Shown here: positions 9,761-19,627 of the stretch, piece after piece
Layout of the letters: every line of letters starts with the position of its first letter
How positions within the stretch are numbered: the stretch's first letter is position 1
Origin: an uncultured Planctomycetaceae bacterium
GTDB taxonomy: Bacteria > Planctomycetota > Planctomycetia > Pirellulales > PALSA-1355
Assembly: GCA_963785305.1 (NCBI GenBank)
Contig: CAWAUV010000007.1
Coordinates: 512,001-576,000 of the forward strand
Direction: 5' to 3'
DNA length: 64,000 nt
The notes under the pieces: generated by a model
Databases searched by the model: none
Seen by the model: only the letters and a program-made list of their open reading frames with translations
Told to the model about the DNA's origin: nothing
Program-made: the position numbers and the translations under genes

Positions 9761-10455
9761 TCGTCACGCGCAAGGCCAAGGAGCGCGGCCATGGAGACCA
9801 TGGCTGGCTCGATAGTTATCACACCTTTTCGTTCGCCGGCTACCACGATCCGCGGAATATGGGCTTTCGCGCCCTGCGCGTGATGAACGAAGACCGGGTA
9901 GCGCCCGGCAAGGGGTTCGGCGCGCATGGGCACATGGACATGGAAATCGTGACCTATGTGCTTTCCGGCTCGCTCGAACATGCCGACAGCATGGGCCACC
10001 GCGCCGTGTTGGGGCCCGGCGAATTTCAGCGCATCTCGGCCGGAACCGGCATTCGCCACAGCGAGTTCAATGCGTCGTCCGACCAGCCAGTGCATTTCTA
10101 TCAAATCTGGCTCTTGCCGAGCCAAGCGGGCATCGCTCCCAGCTACGAGCAAAAGACATTTCCGGCCGCCGAGCGACTCGGCCGGCTGCGACTGGTCGCC
10201 TCGCCCAACGCCGCCGAAGGCTCCCTCTTGATTCATCAAGACGCGCGAATTTATCTCGCGACGCTCGCTCCGGGCCAAGACATTGCGCATTCCCTCGCGC
10301 CGGGGCGCCACGCTTGGCTGCAGGTCCTCGGTGGACAAGTGATCGCCGGCGGGCTGAAACTCGCCGCGGGCGATGCGATCGCGCTCAGCGATGAACCGCG
10401 ACTGACAATCTCCGGCGAGGTGGACGCCGAAGTCATGGTGTTCGATCTGGCATAA
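9757..10455 (+). CDS. pirin family protein (YhhW-like)
   Basis: HGWLDSYHTFSFAGY, H.H.DMEIVTYV, AGTGIRHSE; ATGA overlap with the RND stop. Confidence 0.93.
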   Translation: MIVTRKAKERGHGDHGWLDSYHTFSFAGYHDPRNMGFRALRVMNEDRVAPGKGFGAHGHMDMEIVTYVLSGSLEHADSMGHRAVLGPGEFQRISAGTGIRHSEFNASSDQPVHFYQIWLLPSQAGIAPSYEQKTFPAAERLGRLRLVASPNAAEGSLLIHQDARIYLATLAPGQDIAHSLAPGRHAWLQVLGGQVIAGGLKLAAGDAIALSDEPRLTISGEVDAEVMVFDLA

Positions 10456-10505
10456 GCGCGTCATGCCGAAATCACGCGCGTCTTTCTCGATGAAAGGAAC
10501 TCTCG

Positions 10506-11087
10506 ATGTCCCAATTGCCCAAGATTCTGGCCTTCGCCGGCAGCGCTCGGAAAGATTCGTTCAACAAAAAGATTCTGCGCATCGCGGTCGCCGGCGCTCG
10601 GCAAGCGGGCGGCGAGGTGACGCTCATCGACCTCAAGGATTACCCACTCCCGCTTTTCGACCAAGACCTGGAAGCAGCCGAGGGCGCCCCGGCAAACGCG
10701 GTGAAACTCAAGCGGCTGTTCGTCGAGCACGACGCGCTCCTGATCGCGGCGCCGGAGTACAACAGCACGATCACCCCGCTGCTCAAGAACACGATCGACT
10801 GGGTATCGAGGCCGGCGCCCGGCGAAGCGCCGCTAGTGGGCTTTCAAGGCAAGCTGGCGACGCTCATGAGCGCCTCGCCCGGCGGCTTGGGCGGGCTGCG
10901 CGGCCTAGTGCATGTGCGTTCGCTCTTGGGCAATATCGGAGTGCTGGTGCTGCCGGGTCAAGTGGCGGTGCCCACGGCGCACGAAGCCCTCGCGGCCGAT
11001 GGCTCGCTGAAAGACGCCAACCTCTCGGCCAGTATCGAAGCGCTCGGCCGCGGCTTGGTCGAGGCCACCAAGAAACTGAAAGCCTAG
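10506..11087 (+). CDS. NAD(P)H-dependent FMN reductase
   Basis: GSARKDSFN, APEYNSTITPLLKNTIDWVSR, SASPGGLGGLRG. Confidence 0.92.
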   Translation: MSQLPKILAFAGSARKDSFNKKILRIAVAGARQAGGEVTLIDLKDYPLPLFDQDLEAAEGAPANAVKLKRLFVEHDALLIAAPEYNSTITPLLKNTIDWVSRPAPGEAPLVGFQGKLATLMSASPGGLGGLRGLVHVRSLLGNIGVLVLPGQVAVPTAHEALAADGSLKDANLSASIEALGRGLVEATKKLKA

Positions 11088-11109
11088 CGCGTCTTCAACG
11101 CCTGATTCA

Positions 11110-11145
11110 GGGATTAGGCGCCATGCCCACGCTTGCGTGGGCATG
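11110..11145. repeat. REP-like palindrome between convergent genes
   Basis: CATGCCCACGC-TT-GCGTGGGCATG perfect 11 bp stem; left part recurs at 22766..22789. Confidence 0.65.
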
Positions 11146-11191
11146 TGCTTCAGCGCGATGGGTTATGGCGTTAAGCGCGTTCGCGGCGTGA

Positions 11192-13777
11192 TTAGCCGTC
11201 GATCCAGTCCCAGGCTGGGTCCGCGAACAGGTTGTCGAGTTCCTGGGAGTTCGTGGCGGGCGAGTCGGCGCTGGGGGCGACGAGCGATCGCGGTGTCGTT
11301 GCGCTGCTTGTGCCGGCGGGCGGACTCGTGCTTGGTCCGGCGAACGCTCCCGTCGCTCCAAGCGGCGCGGTTGTCGCAATAGCGGCCAGATTGACGCCAG
11401 TGCTCGTCGGTGCGCCAGTGCTCGAATCGGCGGCGAGGCTATGGGTCGCGATCACGTTGGCGCTCGGGCCGCTTGGGGTCGAGGTCGCGATGCTGGGGGA
11501 ATTCGATCCGGCGTTGATCGCTTGAATCACGAGCAGCGCGTCGGTGGGCCCAAAGACGCCGTTGCCTTTCACATCGTAATAATACGACCCGATCGGAGCG
11601 GAAGCGGGCAAGGCGCCTGCGCCCTGGGCATTCAAATACTGGATGAGCACGAGGACGTCTTGCGGAATGACCGGTCCGCCATTGCCGAGCACATCGTCGG
11701 GATCGGAAGAGTTGTGCCAAGGGTAAGCGGTCACGGTCACGCTGGCGTCGGCCTTGGTGTGCGCGGCTTCGACATCGCCCGCCGAGTCGGTGGCGCGGGA
11801 ATAAAAGGCGTAGACATTGCCGACCGAGGCCGTGAATGTGCTCGAGGTGAGCGTGGTTCCCGTGAGCCAGGGCGAATAAGCGCCGCCATTGACCGAATCG
11901 TAGATCGTGTACGAGGTGATCGGCGCCGCCCCGCTTGCCACGGTTCCCGACCAACTAATGGGAATGCTGGTCAGCGAAGTTCGCGCCGGCAACACGGCCA
12001 CGCTGCTGGTGGGCGCGGAAATGGGCGCAACGGTGATTGTGGCCGTGGCGAGCGATCCGCCGAGCCCTTCGGCCACCGCGGCGGTGGACGACTGAACGGA
12101 AAAACTACCGCTTGCCAGCGAGCCGCTGGTGGGCGTGAATCGCAGGCCGGCCTCGCCCTGGGCCAGCGTGATGAACTCGCCATTGGTGACTTGGGTGACG
12201 CCATTGTTAAGATACAGCGTGCCGCCGGAGATAGCGGTGATTTGAAAATCCGCCACAATACCCGCGTCCGACGGGTTGGGAGTGATGACGAGCCCGGCCG
12301 TGGATTGCGCGTTCTCGCGGGTCGTGCTGTTGGTCACCGTCGGCGCATGCACCGGCGAAGCCGCTACCGTGACGATCGTCGGCTGGGAGTTGGACACCAC
12401 TTCTCGAATCCGGTCGTTCGAAGTGTCGGCGACAAAAATATCGCCCGACGAATCCATTGCGATCCCACCGGGCACGCTGAACGAGGCGGCAATTGCTGGG
12501 CCACCATCACCGCCGTAAGTGACATTCCCGTTGCCGGCCACGGTGTTGATGATTCCCGTTACGGCGTTTACCTCGCGAATTCGCTCGTTACCCTGGTCAT
12601 CGATAAAAATGTCGCCGTGAGAGTCGACCGCCACATCGACCGGCACGGAGAGCATGGTGGTTGTCGCCGCCACGCCGTCGTGAAATGCGGAAAACTGCCC
12701 GTTGCCGGCAACCGTGGTGATTTCGCCGGTAACATGAATCACTTCGCGAATACGATCGTTGACCGTGTCGGCAATATAGACGTTGCCCGCGTCGTCGACG
12801 GTCACGCCATGCGGACCCTCGAGTTCGGCGTTGATCGCCAAGCCGCCATCGCCGCTGAAGCCCGGTGCGCCGGTTCCCGCGACATCGGTGACGATGCCGG
12901 TGGTCATATTGATCTCGCGAACATTGTTGCCTTCGTAGTCGGCGACATAGACGTTGCCCGCTGCATCAACGGCAATGCCCAACAGGTCTTCGAAAGTCGC
13001 GTCGATAGCCTGCCCGCCGTCGCCGGTAATACCCGATTTTCCAGCGGAATTCGCAATGATGTTGATGATGTCGGTCGAGAGGTTTACTTGCAGCACGGAG
13101 CCCATTTCGGCGATGTAAAGGTTTCCTTTGGTATCCACCGCGACTGCATTTGGGCCAATCAAGTCGGCTTGCGTCGCCGCCTGACCGTTCATCGCGGCGC
13201 CAAAGTTGGTCCCACCGCCGGCGATGGTGTTGATATAGCCGCTGGCGGAAATTTCTCGAATTCGCGCGAATGCATCGATGAAGAACAGATCGCCGCTGGA
13301 GTCGACCGCAATTTTTCCGGGGTCATAGACCTCGGCCGCCGACGCCAGTCCACCATCGCCTGTTTCGGCCATGGTACCATTGCCGGCGATTGTTTTAATG
13401 ATCGAACCGGGTCCCAGGCCGGTAGTGCTGCTGGCGTACCAGTTCACGCCATCGCCGCCGTACGAAGCGGCGAGCGAATTGGCGCCGACCGGCAGCACTG
13501 CGTTGAGTGTGGCTACGCCCGACACGACCGTGGCCGTGCCGAGCGTGGTCGCGCCGTCGGTGAATGTCACGGTTCCATCGGTGGGAGTCGACGCGCTGGT
13601 GACGAGCGCGGTGAGCGTGACCGATTGCCCGGCATAGACGTTGGGCGTGTTCGCGGCGAGGGTGATCTCGGTGGTCGCCGCGGTCAGCACCGCCCGATCC
13701 TCGAGCGTTTCAATGCTCAGAAACGGTTTGGAGCGCAAGCCTCGCGCATGCGAGCATCGTCGAGCAAGCCGCGTCAT
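11192..13777 (-). CDS. large extracellular protein: Planc_extracel leader, Ig-like domain, NHL repeats, FN3-like domain, dockerin-like domain
   Basis: LSIETLEDRAVL leader; repeated VAVDxxGNxYIAD..N.RIREV / TVAGNG; PWHNSSDPDDVLGNG...DVKGNGVFGPTDALLVI dockerin-type duplication. Confidence 0.85.
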   Translation of the reverse strand: MTRLARRCSHARGLRSKPFLSIETLEDRAVLTAATTEITLAANTPNVYAGQSVTLTALVTSASTPTDGTVTFTDGATTLGTATVVSGVATLNAVLPVGANSLAASYGGDGVNWYASSTTGLGPGSIIKTIAGNGTMAETGDGGLASAAEVYDPGKIAVDSSGDLFFIDAFARIREISASGYINTIAGGGTNFGAAMNGQAATQADLIGPNAVAVDTKGNLYIAEMGSVLQVNLSTDIINIIANSAGKSGITGDGGQAIDATFEDLLGIAVDAAGNVYVADYEGNNVREINMTTGIVTDVAGTGAPGFSGDGGLAINAELEGPHGVTVDDAGNVYIADTVNDRIREVIHVTGEITTVAGNGQFSAFHDGVAATTTMLSVPVDVAVDSHGDIFIDDQGNERIREVNAVTGIINTVAGNGNVTYGGDGGPAIAASFSVPGGIAMDSSGDIFVADTSNDRIREVVSNSQPTIVTVAASPVHAPTVTNSTTRENAQSTAGLVITPNPSDAGIVADFQITAISGGTLYLNNGVTQVTNGEFITLAQGEAGLRFTPTSGSLASGSFSVQSSTAAVAEGLGGSLATATITVAPISAPTSSVAVLPARTSLTSIPISWSGTVASGAAPITSYTIYDSVNGGAYSPWLTGTTLTSSTFTASVGNVYAFYSRATDSAGDVEAAHTKADASVTVTAYPWHNSSDPDDVLGNGGPVIPQDVLVLIQYLNAQGAGALPASAPIGSYYYDVKGNGVFGPTDALLVIQAINAGSNSPSIATSTPSGPSANVIATHSLAADSSTGAPTSTGVNLAAIATTAPLGATGAFAGPSTSPPAGTSSATTPRSLVAPSADSPATNSQELDNLFADPAWDWIDG

Positions 13778-14138
13778 TGTCGAATCTTTCGGCGGGGGTG
13801 AACTGGAAATAAGAAAACGCGACACACGTCCGGCCGCTCAGCGAGTTCGAGCGGCGTCGAAACCGAAAAGGCGATAAGAAGAAAAAAACCATTGCCAAAT
13901 GGCTTAGCGTCACATGATATTAATAAACATTGGGTTTTGTCAATTTCCTTGCAGGGTCCCGCCGGGTCGCTCGGGCCAAGCGAGAGGTGGCAAACCGCAC
14001 TGACGCAAGGCGATTCGCGAACATCCTACATTGACGCCCTAGTTTCCCCCCCCCGATCCGTCTCCACAGGCCGCGCCGCAATGCCGGATTCCTCGATCGC
14101 ATCTCGTCGCCCCAGTCCAGGCCGCGCCGCTACTGCGC

Positions 14139-15611
14139 ATGCAGGGCGTGCGCAAATGTTTTGGCGCCACGCGGGCGCTCGACGGCGTCGATCTCGCCGT
14201 GGCCGCGGGCGAAGTGCTGGCCCTGATCGGTGAAAACGGCGCCGGCAAAAGCACGCTCATGAAAACACTCGCCGGCGTGCATCCGCCCGACGAGGGACGC
14301 ATGTGGCTCGCCGGCGAGCCCTTCGAGCCCTCTGGACCGGCCGCTGCTCGACGGGCTGGCGTGTCGATGATCTATCAAGAGCTTTCGCTCGCGCCGCATC
14401 TGTCGGTCATGGAGAATATCGTGCTCGGCGTCGAGCCGCTGATGCGTTGGCCTGGCGCCCCGCCCGTGGTGCGCCATGGGGAAATGCGCCGCCTGGCAAG
14501 AGCCGCCTTGGCCGAGCTGGGCCACGCCGACATTCCGCCCGACTTGCCGGTGGGCAGGCTCTCGCTCGCCGAACAGCAGTTGGTGGAAATTGCCCGCGCG
14601 CTGGCCGCCGGCACTCGGGTGCTGGTGCTCGACGAGCCGACCAGCAGCCTCACTCGCCGCGACGCGGAGCGGATCTTCTCGCTCGTGGCCCGCTTGCGAG
14701 CCCGGGGACTGGCGATCATTTATATCTCGCACTTCTTGGAAGAAGTCCGCGCGATCTGCGATCGCTATACAGTGCTGCGCGATGGACGTAGCGTGGGCGA
14801 TGGCGCATTGAAGGCGGTCGCCGACGGGGAACTGATTCGCCTCATGGTCGGCCGCTCGATGGACGAGCTCTATCCGCGTTCGCCGCGCCGGCCGGGCGAG
14901 CCGGTGCTCGAGGTCGCGCATCTGGCTGGCTCGGTCAAGCCGCTCGACGCTTCGCTCACGCTCCATCGCGGCGAAGTGCTTGGCATCGCCGGGCTCGTGG
15001 GCTCGGGCCGAACCGAGCTGGCGCGTGGCCTGATGGCGCTCGATCGCGTGCGCTCGGGCGATGTGCGGCTCGGCGGTTTGCCGGCGCCCCGCTCGCCGCG
15101 CGAAGCGTGGCGCCGCGGCATGGGACTGGTGAGCGAAGATCGTAAGGAAGAAGGCTTGGCGCTGGGGATCAGCATCGCCGAGAATATCGCCCTGTCGAGC
15201 ATGCCGCTGGTGACAAGGCCGGGTCGCTTGCGCCGGCAGGCCGACCGGTGGATCGAGCGGCTGCGGATTCGCTGCCAGGGCGCCGAGCAGCGGCCGATCG
15301 AGCTCTCTGGCGGCAATCAGCAAAAGGTGGCGCTGGCCCGGCTGTTGGCCCACGACGCCGACGTGCTCTTGCTCGACGAGCCGACGCGCGGCATCGATGT
15401 GGCCGCCAAGGCGGAAATCTATCGGCTGATCGATTCGCTGGCCAATTCCGGCAAGGCGGTGCTTTTGGTGAGCAGCTATTTGCCGGAACTGTTGGGGGTG
15501 TGCGACCGCATTGCCGTGATGTGCAAGGGACGCCTTGGCCCCGCCCGACCGACTCACGAACTCGACGAACATAAGATCATGAGCGAAGCGATCGCGAGCC
15601 AGCAAGAATGA
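14139..15611 (+). CDS. monosaccharide ABC transporter ATP-binding protein (RbsA-like)
   Basis: GENGAGKST, LDEPTSSL, LSGGNQQKV, LDEPTRGIDV: two fused ABC domains. Confidence 0.93.
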   Translation: MQGVRKCFGATRALDGVDLAVAAGEVLALIGENGAGKSTLMKTLAGVHPPDEGRMWLAGEPFEPSGPAAARRAGVSMIYQELSLAPHLSVMENIVLGVEPLMRWPGAPPVVRHGEMRRLARAALAELGHADIPPDLPVGRLSLAEQQLVEIARALAAGTRVLVLDEPTSSLTRRDAERIFSLVARLRARGLAIIYISHFLEEVRAICDRYTVLRDGRSVGDGALKAVADGELIRLMVGRSMDELYPRSPRRPGEPVLEVAHLAGSVKPLDASLTLHRGEVLGIAGLVGSGRTELARGLMALDRVRSGDVRLGGLPAPRSPREAWRRGMGLVSEDRKEEGLALGISIAENIALSSMPLVTRPGRLRRQADRWIERLRIRCQGAEQRPIELSGGNQQKVALARLLAHDADVLLLDEPTRGIDVAAKAEIYRLIDSLANSGKAVLLVSSYLPELLGVCDRIAVMCKGRLGPARPTHELDEHKIMSEAIASQQE

Positions 15612-16663
15612 CGAACAGCTCGAATCCCGAAGGTCCCACCGAGCCCAAGGCCGCCGAACCGCGCGCCGGCGAAGCCGCCAAATCGGGCGGTGGATTCGCC
15701 GCGCGGCTCCGCGCCAACATGAGTCCGGCGTGGCTCGCGGCGCGGCTGGGGCCGCTCGTGGGGTTGGTGTTCGTCGTGGGATTGTTTGGAATACTCCGGC
15801 CCGAAAAGTTTCTCACGGTCGACAATTTTCAGCTTATGTTGCTCCAGACCGCCGTGGTGGCGACCATGGCGCTGGGCATGACGATGATTATCGTTTCGGG
15901 TGGCATCGATATCTCGATCGGCTCGAACGTGGCGCTCTGCTCGGTGGCGGTCGCGGCGATGCTGGCGGCCGATGTTCCGCCCTCGCTGGCGGCGGCTGGC
16001 GGCATTGCGCTCGGCGCCTTGGTGGGGATCGTCATCGGGCTCTTGATCACTCGGCTCCATCTGCAGCCGTTTATCGTCACGCTCGGCATGTGGGGCGCCC
16101 TCCGCGGCGCCGCCAAGGGACTTGCCCACGAACAGACGGTTTCGCCGCCCAACACCTGGCTCAACGATCTGATGGACCGCGGCAACGACGGGCACTGGCT
16201 TCCGCCGGGCGTGTGGTTGATGCTCGTGCTCATGGTGCTCGCCGCTCTCGCGATGCGTTATACCCGCTTCGGCCGCCATGTGGTGGCGATCGGCTCGAAC
16301 GAGCGAACCGCCCGACTTTGCGGAGTGGCGGTCGAACGAACCAAACTCCTTACTTATGGGTGTGGATTGGCGCTGGCCGGCGTGGCGGGGCTCCTGCAAT
16401 TCTCGACGCTCACGGTGGGCGATCCCACGACCGCCAGCGGCTACGAACTGGCGACCATCGCGGCGGTGGTGATCGGCGGCGGCAGCCTCTCGGGCGGCGA
16501 GGGCTCGATGTTTGGCTCGGTGATCGGCGCGCTGATGATGACCGTGGTCGCCAACGGCTGCACCAAGGTGGGCATGCCCAATTGGGTGCAAGAGATCGTC
16601 ACCGGGGCGATTATTGTCGTGGCCGCCTGGCTCGATCGGCTCCGCCGCCGCGAGCAGGTCTGA
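15608..16663 (+). CDS. monosaccharide ABC transporter permease (RbsC-like)
   Basis: GGIDISIGS, PFIVTLG, ELATIAAVVIGG. Confidence 0.92.
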   Translation: MTNSSNPEGPTEPKAAEPRAGEAAKSGGGFAARLRANMSPAWLAARLGPLVGLVFVVGLFGILRPEKFLTVDNFQLMLLQTAVVATMALGMTMIIVSGGIDISIGSNVALCSVAVAAMLAADVPPSLAAAGGIALGALVGIVIGLLITRLHLQPFIVTLGMWGALRGAAKGLAHEQTVSPPNTWLNDLMDRGNDGHWLPPGVWLMLVLMVLAALAMRYTRFGRHVVAIGSNERTARLCGVAVERTKLLTYGCGLALAGVAGLLQFSTLTVGDPTTASGYELATIAAVVIGGGSLSGGEGSMFGSVIGALMMTVVANGCTKVGMPNWVQEIVTGAIIVVAAWLDRLRRREQV

Positions 16664-16815
16664 AATTCGCCCGCATTTGCTCGTTTTCGTGATCGCCATG
16701 TTCGTCGCGGCGAAGTTTTGTTCGTTTTTCTGGGAGCGAGTTTTGGGATGAAGCGCCGCGGCCGGCGTCTTATCCATGTTGGCCCCCGAAACCCGTTGCG
16801 AGAAGCGGTGAGCCG

Positions 16816-17405
16816 ATGGACGATCGCTCGCGCGGCGGCGATTCGAAGCCAGGCCCGATCGGTCCCGATCGGTTGGGAGAACTGTTCGATCGGCACGGCG
16901 CGGCGCTCGTGCTCTATGCGCGTCAGCTTTGCGATTCGCCCGACGACGTGGTCCAGCAAGCGTTTATCCAACTGGCAAGGCAAGCGCGGCCGCCCGAGGC
17001 GATTGGTCCCTGGCTGTTTCGCGTGCGCGCAACGCCGCGCTCTCGGCGGCCCGAGCGGCCAAACGCCGCGCTCGGCATGAGCAAGCCGCCGCCGCGACGA
17101 TCGAGACATGGTTTGTTCCGCGCGAGACGCTCGACGCCGAAGCCGATGAAGCAGTGGCGCAACTGGCGGGGCTGCCGCAAACCGAACGGGAAGTGATTAT
17201 CGCCCACCTTTGGGGTGGATTAACGTTCGAGGAGATCGGTCGGGTGCATCGAATATCGTCGAGCAGCGCGCACCGAGCCTACCACGGCGGCTTGCAATCG
17301 CTGCATGCGAAACTTACCGCTGGCCAGAGCGCCGCCGCGTCCGACGCTGGTCGACATGCGAACAATGTCGCGCCCTCCGCGCCTTCACAAAAACCAACTG
17401 CCTGA
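16816..17405 (+). CDS. ECF RNA polymerase sigma factor (one frameshift)
   Basis: Region 2 (LYARQL...DDVVQQAF...WLFR) in ORF 16816..17196; region 4 (LPQTEREVIIAHLWGGLTFEEIG) in ORF 16929..17405. Confidence 0.85.
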
Positions 17406-17440
17406 TATCCAAGTTCCTAGCGAAAGGCGTCGGCGCTCCC

Positions 17441-17926
17441 ATGACGACTCATTTTCCGCGTGAACCATTTGAGCCGCTCTTCGGAGAGCTTGCGGCGCTG
17501 GAAGCCACGCTTGCGGGCTTGCGGCCGGCGGCGGCGAATTTGGAGCGAGACCGGCTCATGTTTTTGGCCGGCTCGGCGGCGGGCGAGCATCGTGCTTCGG
17601 CTCGCTCGCGACGAATGCTAACGGGCCTCGTCTCCGTGTTGGTCGTGGTCATGTGGCTGATGAGGAACCCCGGCGTGGAAGTCGTGCATCCCACGCGCGA
17701 TCGGACCGTGCGCGTCGAAACAGCGTCCACGAGCGCGAGCCCAACTCCCAAGCTCGCGTTGCCGTGCGATCCCGATCATCGCTGGGTTCGCGAGGGCAAC
17801 CTTGCCTTGCGCGAACAGATGCTTCAATCCGACGAACTACAAATTCCGGCGACGCGCACCCCTAGCGAAGAGCGCCGTGAGCCATCGACAAACGGCTCGC
17901 TTCGCCGACAGTGGCTCGATGGCTAG
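17441..17926 (+). CDS. putative anti-sigma membrane protein
   Basis: Directly after the ECF; LEATLAGLRP...RDRLMFLAG N-terminal motif and a single TM helix. Confidence 0.6.
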   Translation: MTTHFPREPFEPLFGELAALEATLAGLRPAAANLERDRLMFLAGSAAGEHRASARSRRMLTGLVSVLVVVMWLMRNPGVEVVHPTRDRTVRVETASTSASPTPKLALPCDPDHRWVREGNLALREQMLQSDELQIPATRTPSEERREPSTNGSLRRQWLDG

Positions 17927-18117
17927 CTCGAGCGTCTCATCGTCGCGGCTCGCGAAATAACGACTTACGTCGTTTTTTGAGATCGCATCCGTGCGGCGAC
18001 GCGACCTGTTGAATATTTCAGCAGGCTGCTAGGGGATTGTATTTGACTTGCGTTTCGTGGCGCTGCCGATCGCGCTGCGCCTTGATCTTTTTTTTGAGAA
18101 CGAAGAGGAGAGAGATA

Positions 18118-19587
18118 ATGGACGGGCGGCAAACGATCGAGGACAGGCGGCGGCATGGATTCCTAGCAGGTTTACCACTCGCGATCGTCGTTGCGTTTGT
18201 GGCGCCGCCAGCGCGTGGCGCCGAAACCGAGCGGCCGGTCACGGTCGTGCTCGATGTCAGTCCCTCGGCGGAGCCACGACCGGCGCTCAAGTATCGTCTG
18301 TTGCCTCCGCCGGCCGTGGAGCGTGGCGCCAACGCGGCCCCGATCTATTGCAAAGCGGCGATGCAGTTGAATTCGATCGACGCCGCGGAATGGAAAAGAA
18401 TCGACGCCTGGCTCACGACGCCGGTCGCCGATCTGCCGCGCGAGGAGATACGCGCTCTGCTCGACCAAAGGTCCATGGCGCTCGATTGCCTGCGGATCGC
18501 CTCTCGACGCGAGAAATGCGAATGGGATCCGCCGCTGGAAGAATCGCAAAACTTCTGGCTAATTCCGTTGCCCGAAATGCAGGAGTTGCAACGAGGCTCG
18601 CGACTCGTGGCGGTAAAAGCGCGTCTCGAAATCGCCGAAGGCAAAACCGAACAGGTCGTCGACACGCTTTCGACCGGTTTTGCCATGAGTCGGCATCTGG
18701 CGAGCTGCCCTTTCCTAGTTTGTGCGATGATGGGCCAAGCGGCGGCGACTCGCATGCTTGAACAGTTGGAGACCTTCATTCAAACCGAGCGTTCGCCGAA
18801 TTTTTATTGGAACCTTAGCTCACTGCCCGATCCGCTAATCGATGTCCGGAGACCGCTCGAATTGGAGAGCGAATGCCTGCTTAAAAACGCGAAGCTCGAT
18901 GATGTCGACCAAGGGGCTCGCTCCAATGCCCAGTGGCGGCGGTTGCTCATCGCGACGCTGGAAATGTTGCACGACGCCGAGCGACTAGAAACCGCCGGGA
19001 AATCCACCGGCGACAAACCGAATACTTCGGTCGCCGATCGCTTGGCCGCGGCGCTCGCCGCAACGTCGGCGGCCCGCGCGGGTCTTATCGAAGCTGGCCG
19101 TGATCCGGAAAAGGTCGCGAAAATGTCCGACCCCGAAGCGGTACTCGTTTATAGCGTGTTCGACTATCGTTGCCGACGCGATTCGCAGTTCAAATGGCTC
19201 GCCCTGCCCAGTTGGCAAGCCAGCGAGGGTCTTCGCGCCTCGAAGGATGGCGCGGTGAACGCGCGGCCCGAGATGATTCCGCTCGCGAGTTTGACTTTGC
19301 CGGCGGTCGCGACAGTTCTGGTCTCGAACGAACGCCTTGGTCAGCGCATCGCGGCGCTCCGAACGATCGAAGCCCTCCGGCTCCACGCCGCGGCGCACAA
19401 TGGAACACTGCCCACGACTCTTGAGGCGATCGTGGAAGCGCCGGCGCCGGTCGATCCCGCCACCGGCAAGCTGTTTCGCTACACTGCCTCGTCGGACCGC
19501 GCGACGCTCTCTGGCGAAGCGATTTCGCTCCGTGGAAAGCAATCGTTATTGCAATACGAGATTCGTGTCAAACCGGCGAAGCACTGA
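18118..19587 (+). CDS. secreted alpha-helical hypothetical protein
   Basis: Signal peptide; PRPALKYRLLP, NAAPIY and EALRLHAA...LP.TL...DPATGK.F.Y motifs. Confidence 0.75.
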   Translation: MDGRQTIEDRRRHGFLAGLPLAIVVAFVAPPARGAETERPVTVVLDVSPSAEPRPALKYRLLPPPAVERGANAAPIYCKAAMQLNSIDAAEWKRIDAWLTTPVADLPREEIRALLDQRSMALDCLRIASRREKCEWDPPLEESQNFWLIPLPEMQELQRGSRLVAVKARLEIAEGKTEQVVDTLSTGFAMSRHLASCPFLVCAMMGQAAATRMLEQLETFIQTERSPNFYWNLSSLPDPLIDVRRPLELESECLLKNAKLDDVDQGARSNAQWRRLLIATLEMLHDAERLETAGKSTGDKPNTSVADRLAAALAATSAARAGLIEAGRDPEKVAKMSDPEAVLVYSVFDYRCRRDSQFKWLALPSWQASEGLRASKDGAVNARPEMIPLASLTLPAVATVLVSNERLGQRIAALRTIEALRLHAAAHNGTLPTTLEAIVEAPAPVDPATGKLFRYTASSDRATLSGEAISLRGKQSLLQYEIRVKPAKH

Positions 19588-19627
19588 CGATTTTGCGACT
19601 GCAACGGCGCCGCTCGCGCGGCGGCGC

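Noticed and set aside
12380..13400. Recurring ~170 bp similar segments as a possible array
   Set aside because: In-frame NHL protein repeats; no identical repeats with unique spacers, so not CRISPR
11441..13801. 786 aa plus-strand ORF, and similar long ORFs at 41785..43830, 44389..45897, 14130..15605, 6065..7420, 7421..8689 and 55845..57227
   Set aside because: Antisense shadows of well-supported genes; high-GC codon bias suppresses stops on the opposite strand and the translations have no motifs
13989..14010. GGCAAACC...GACGCAAG resembling a c-di-GMP-I riboswitch
   Set aside because: Lacks the GNRA-capped stem between the motifs and a downstream receptor stem
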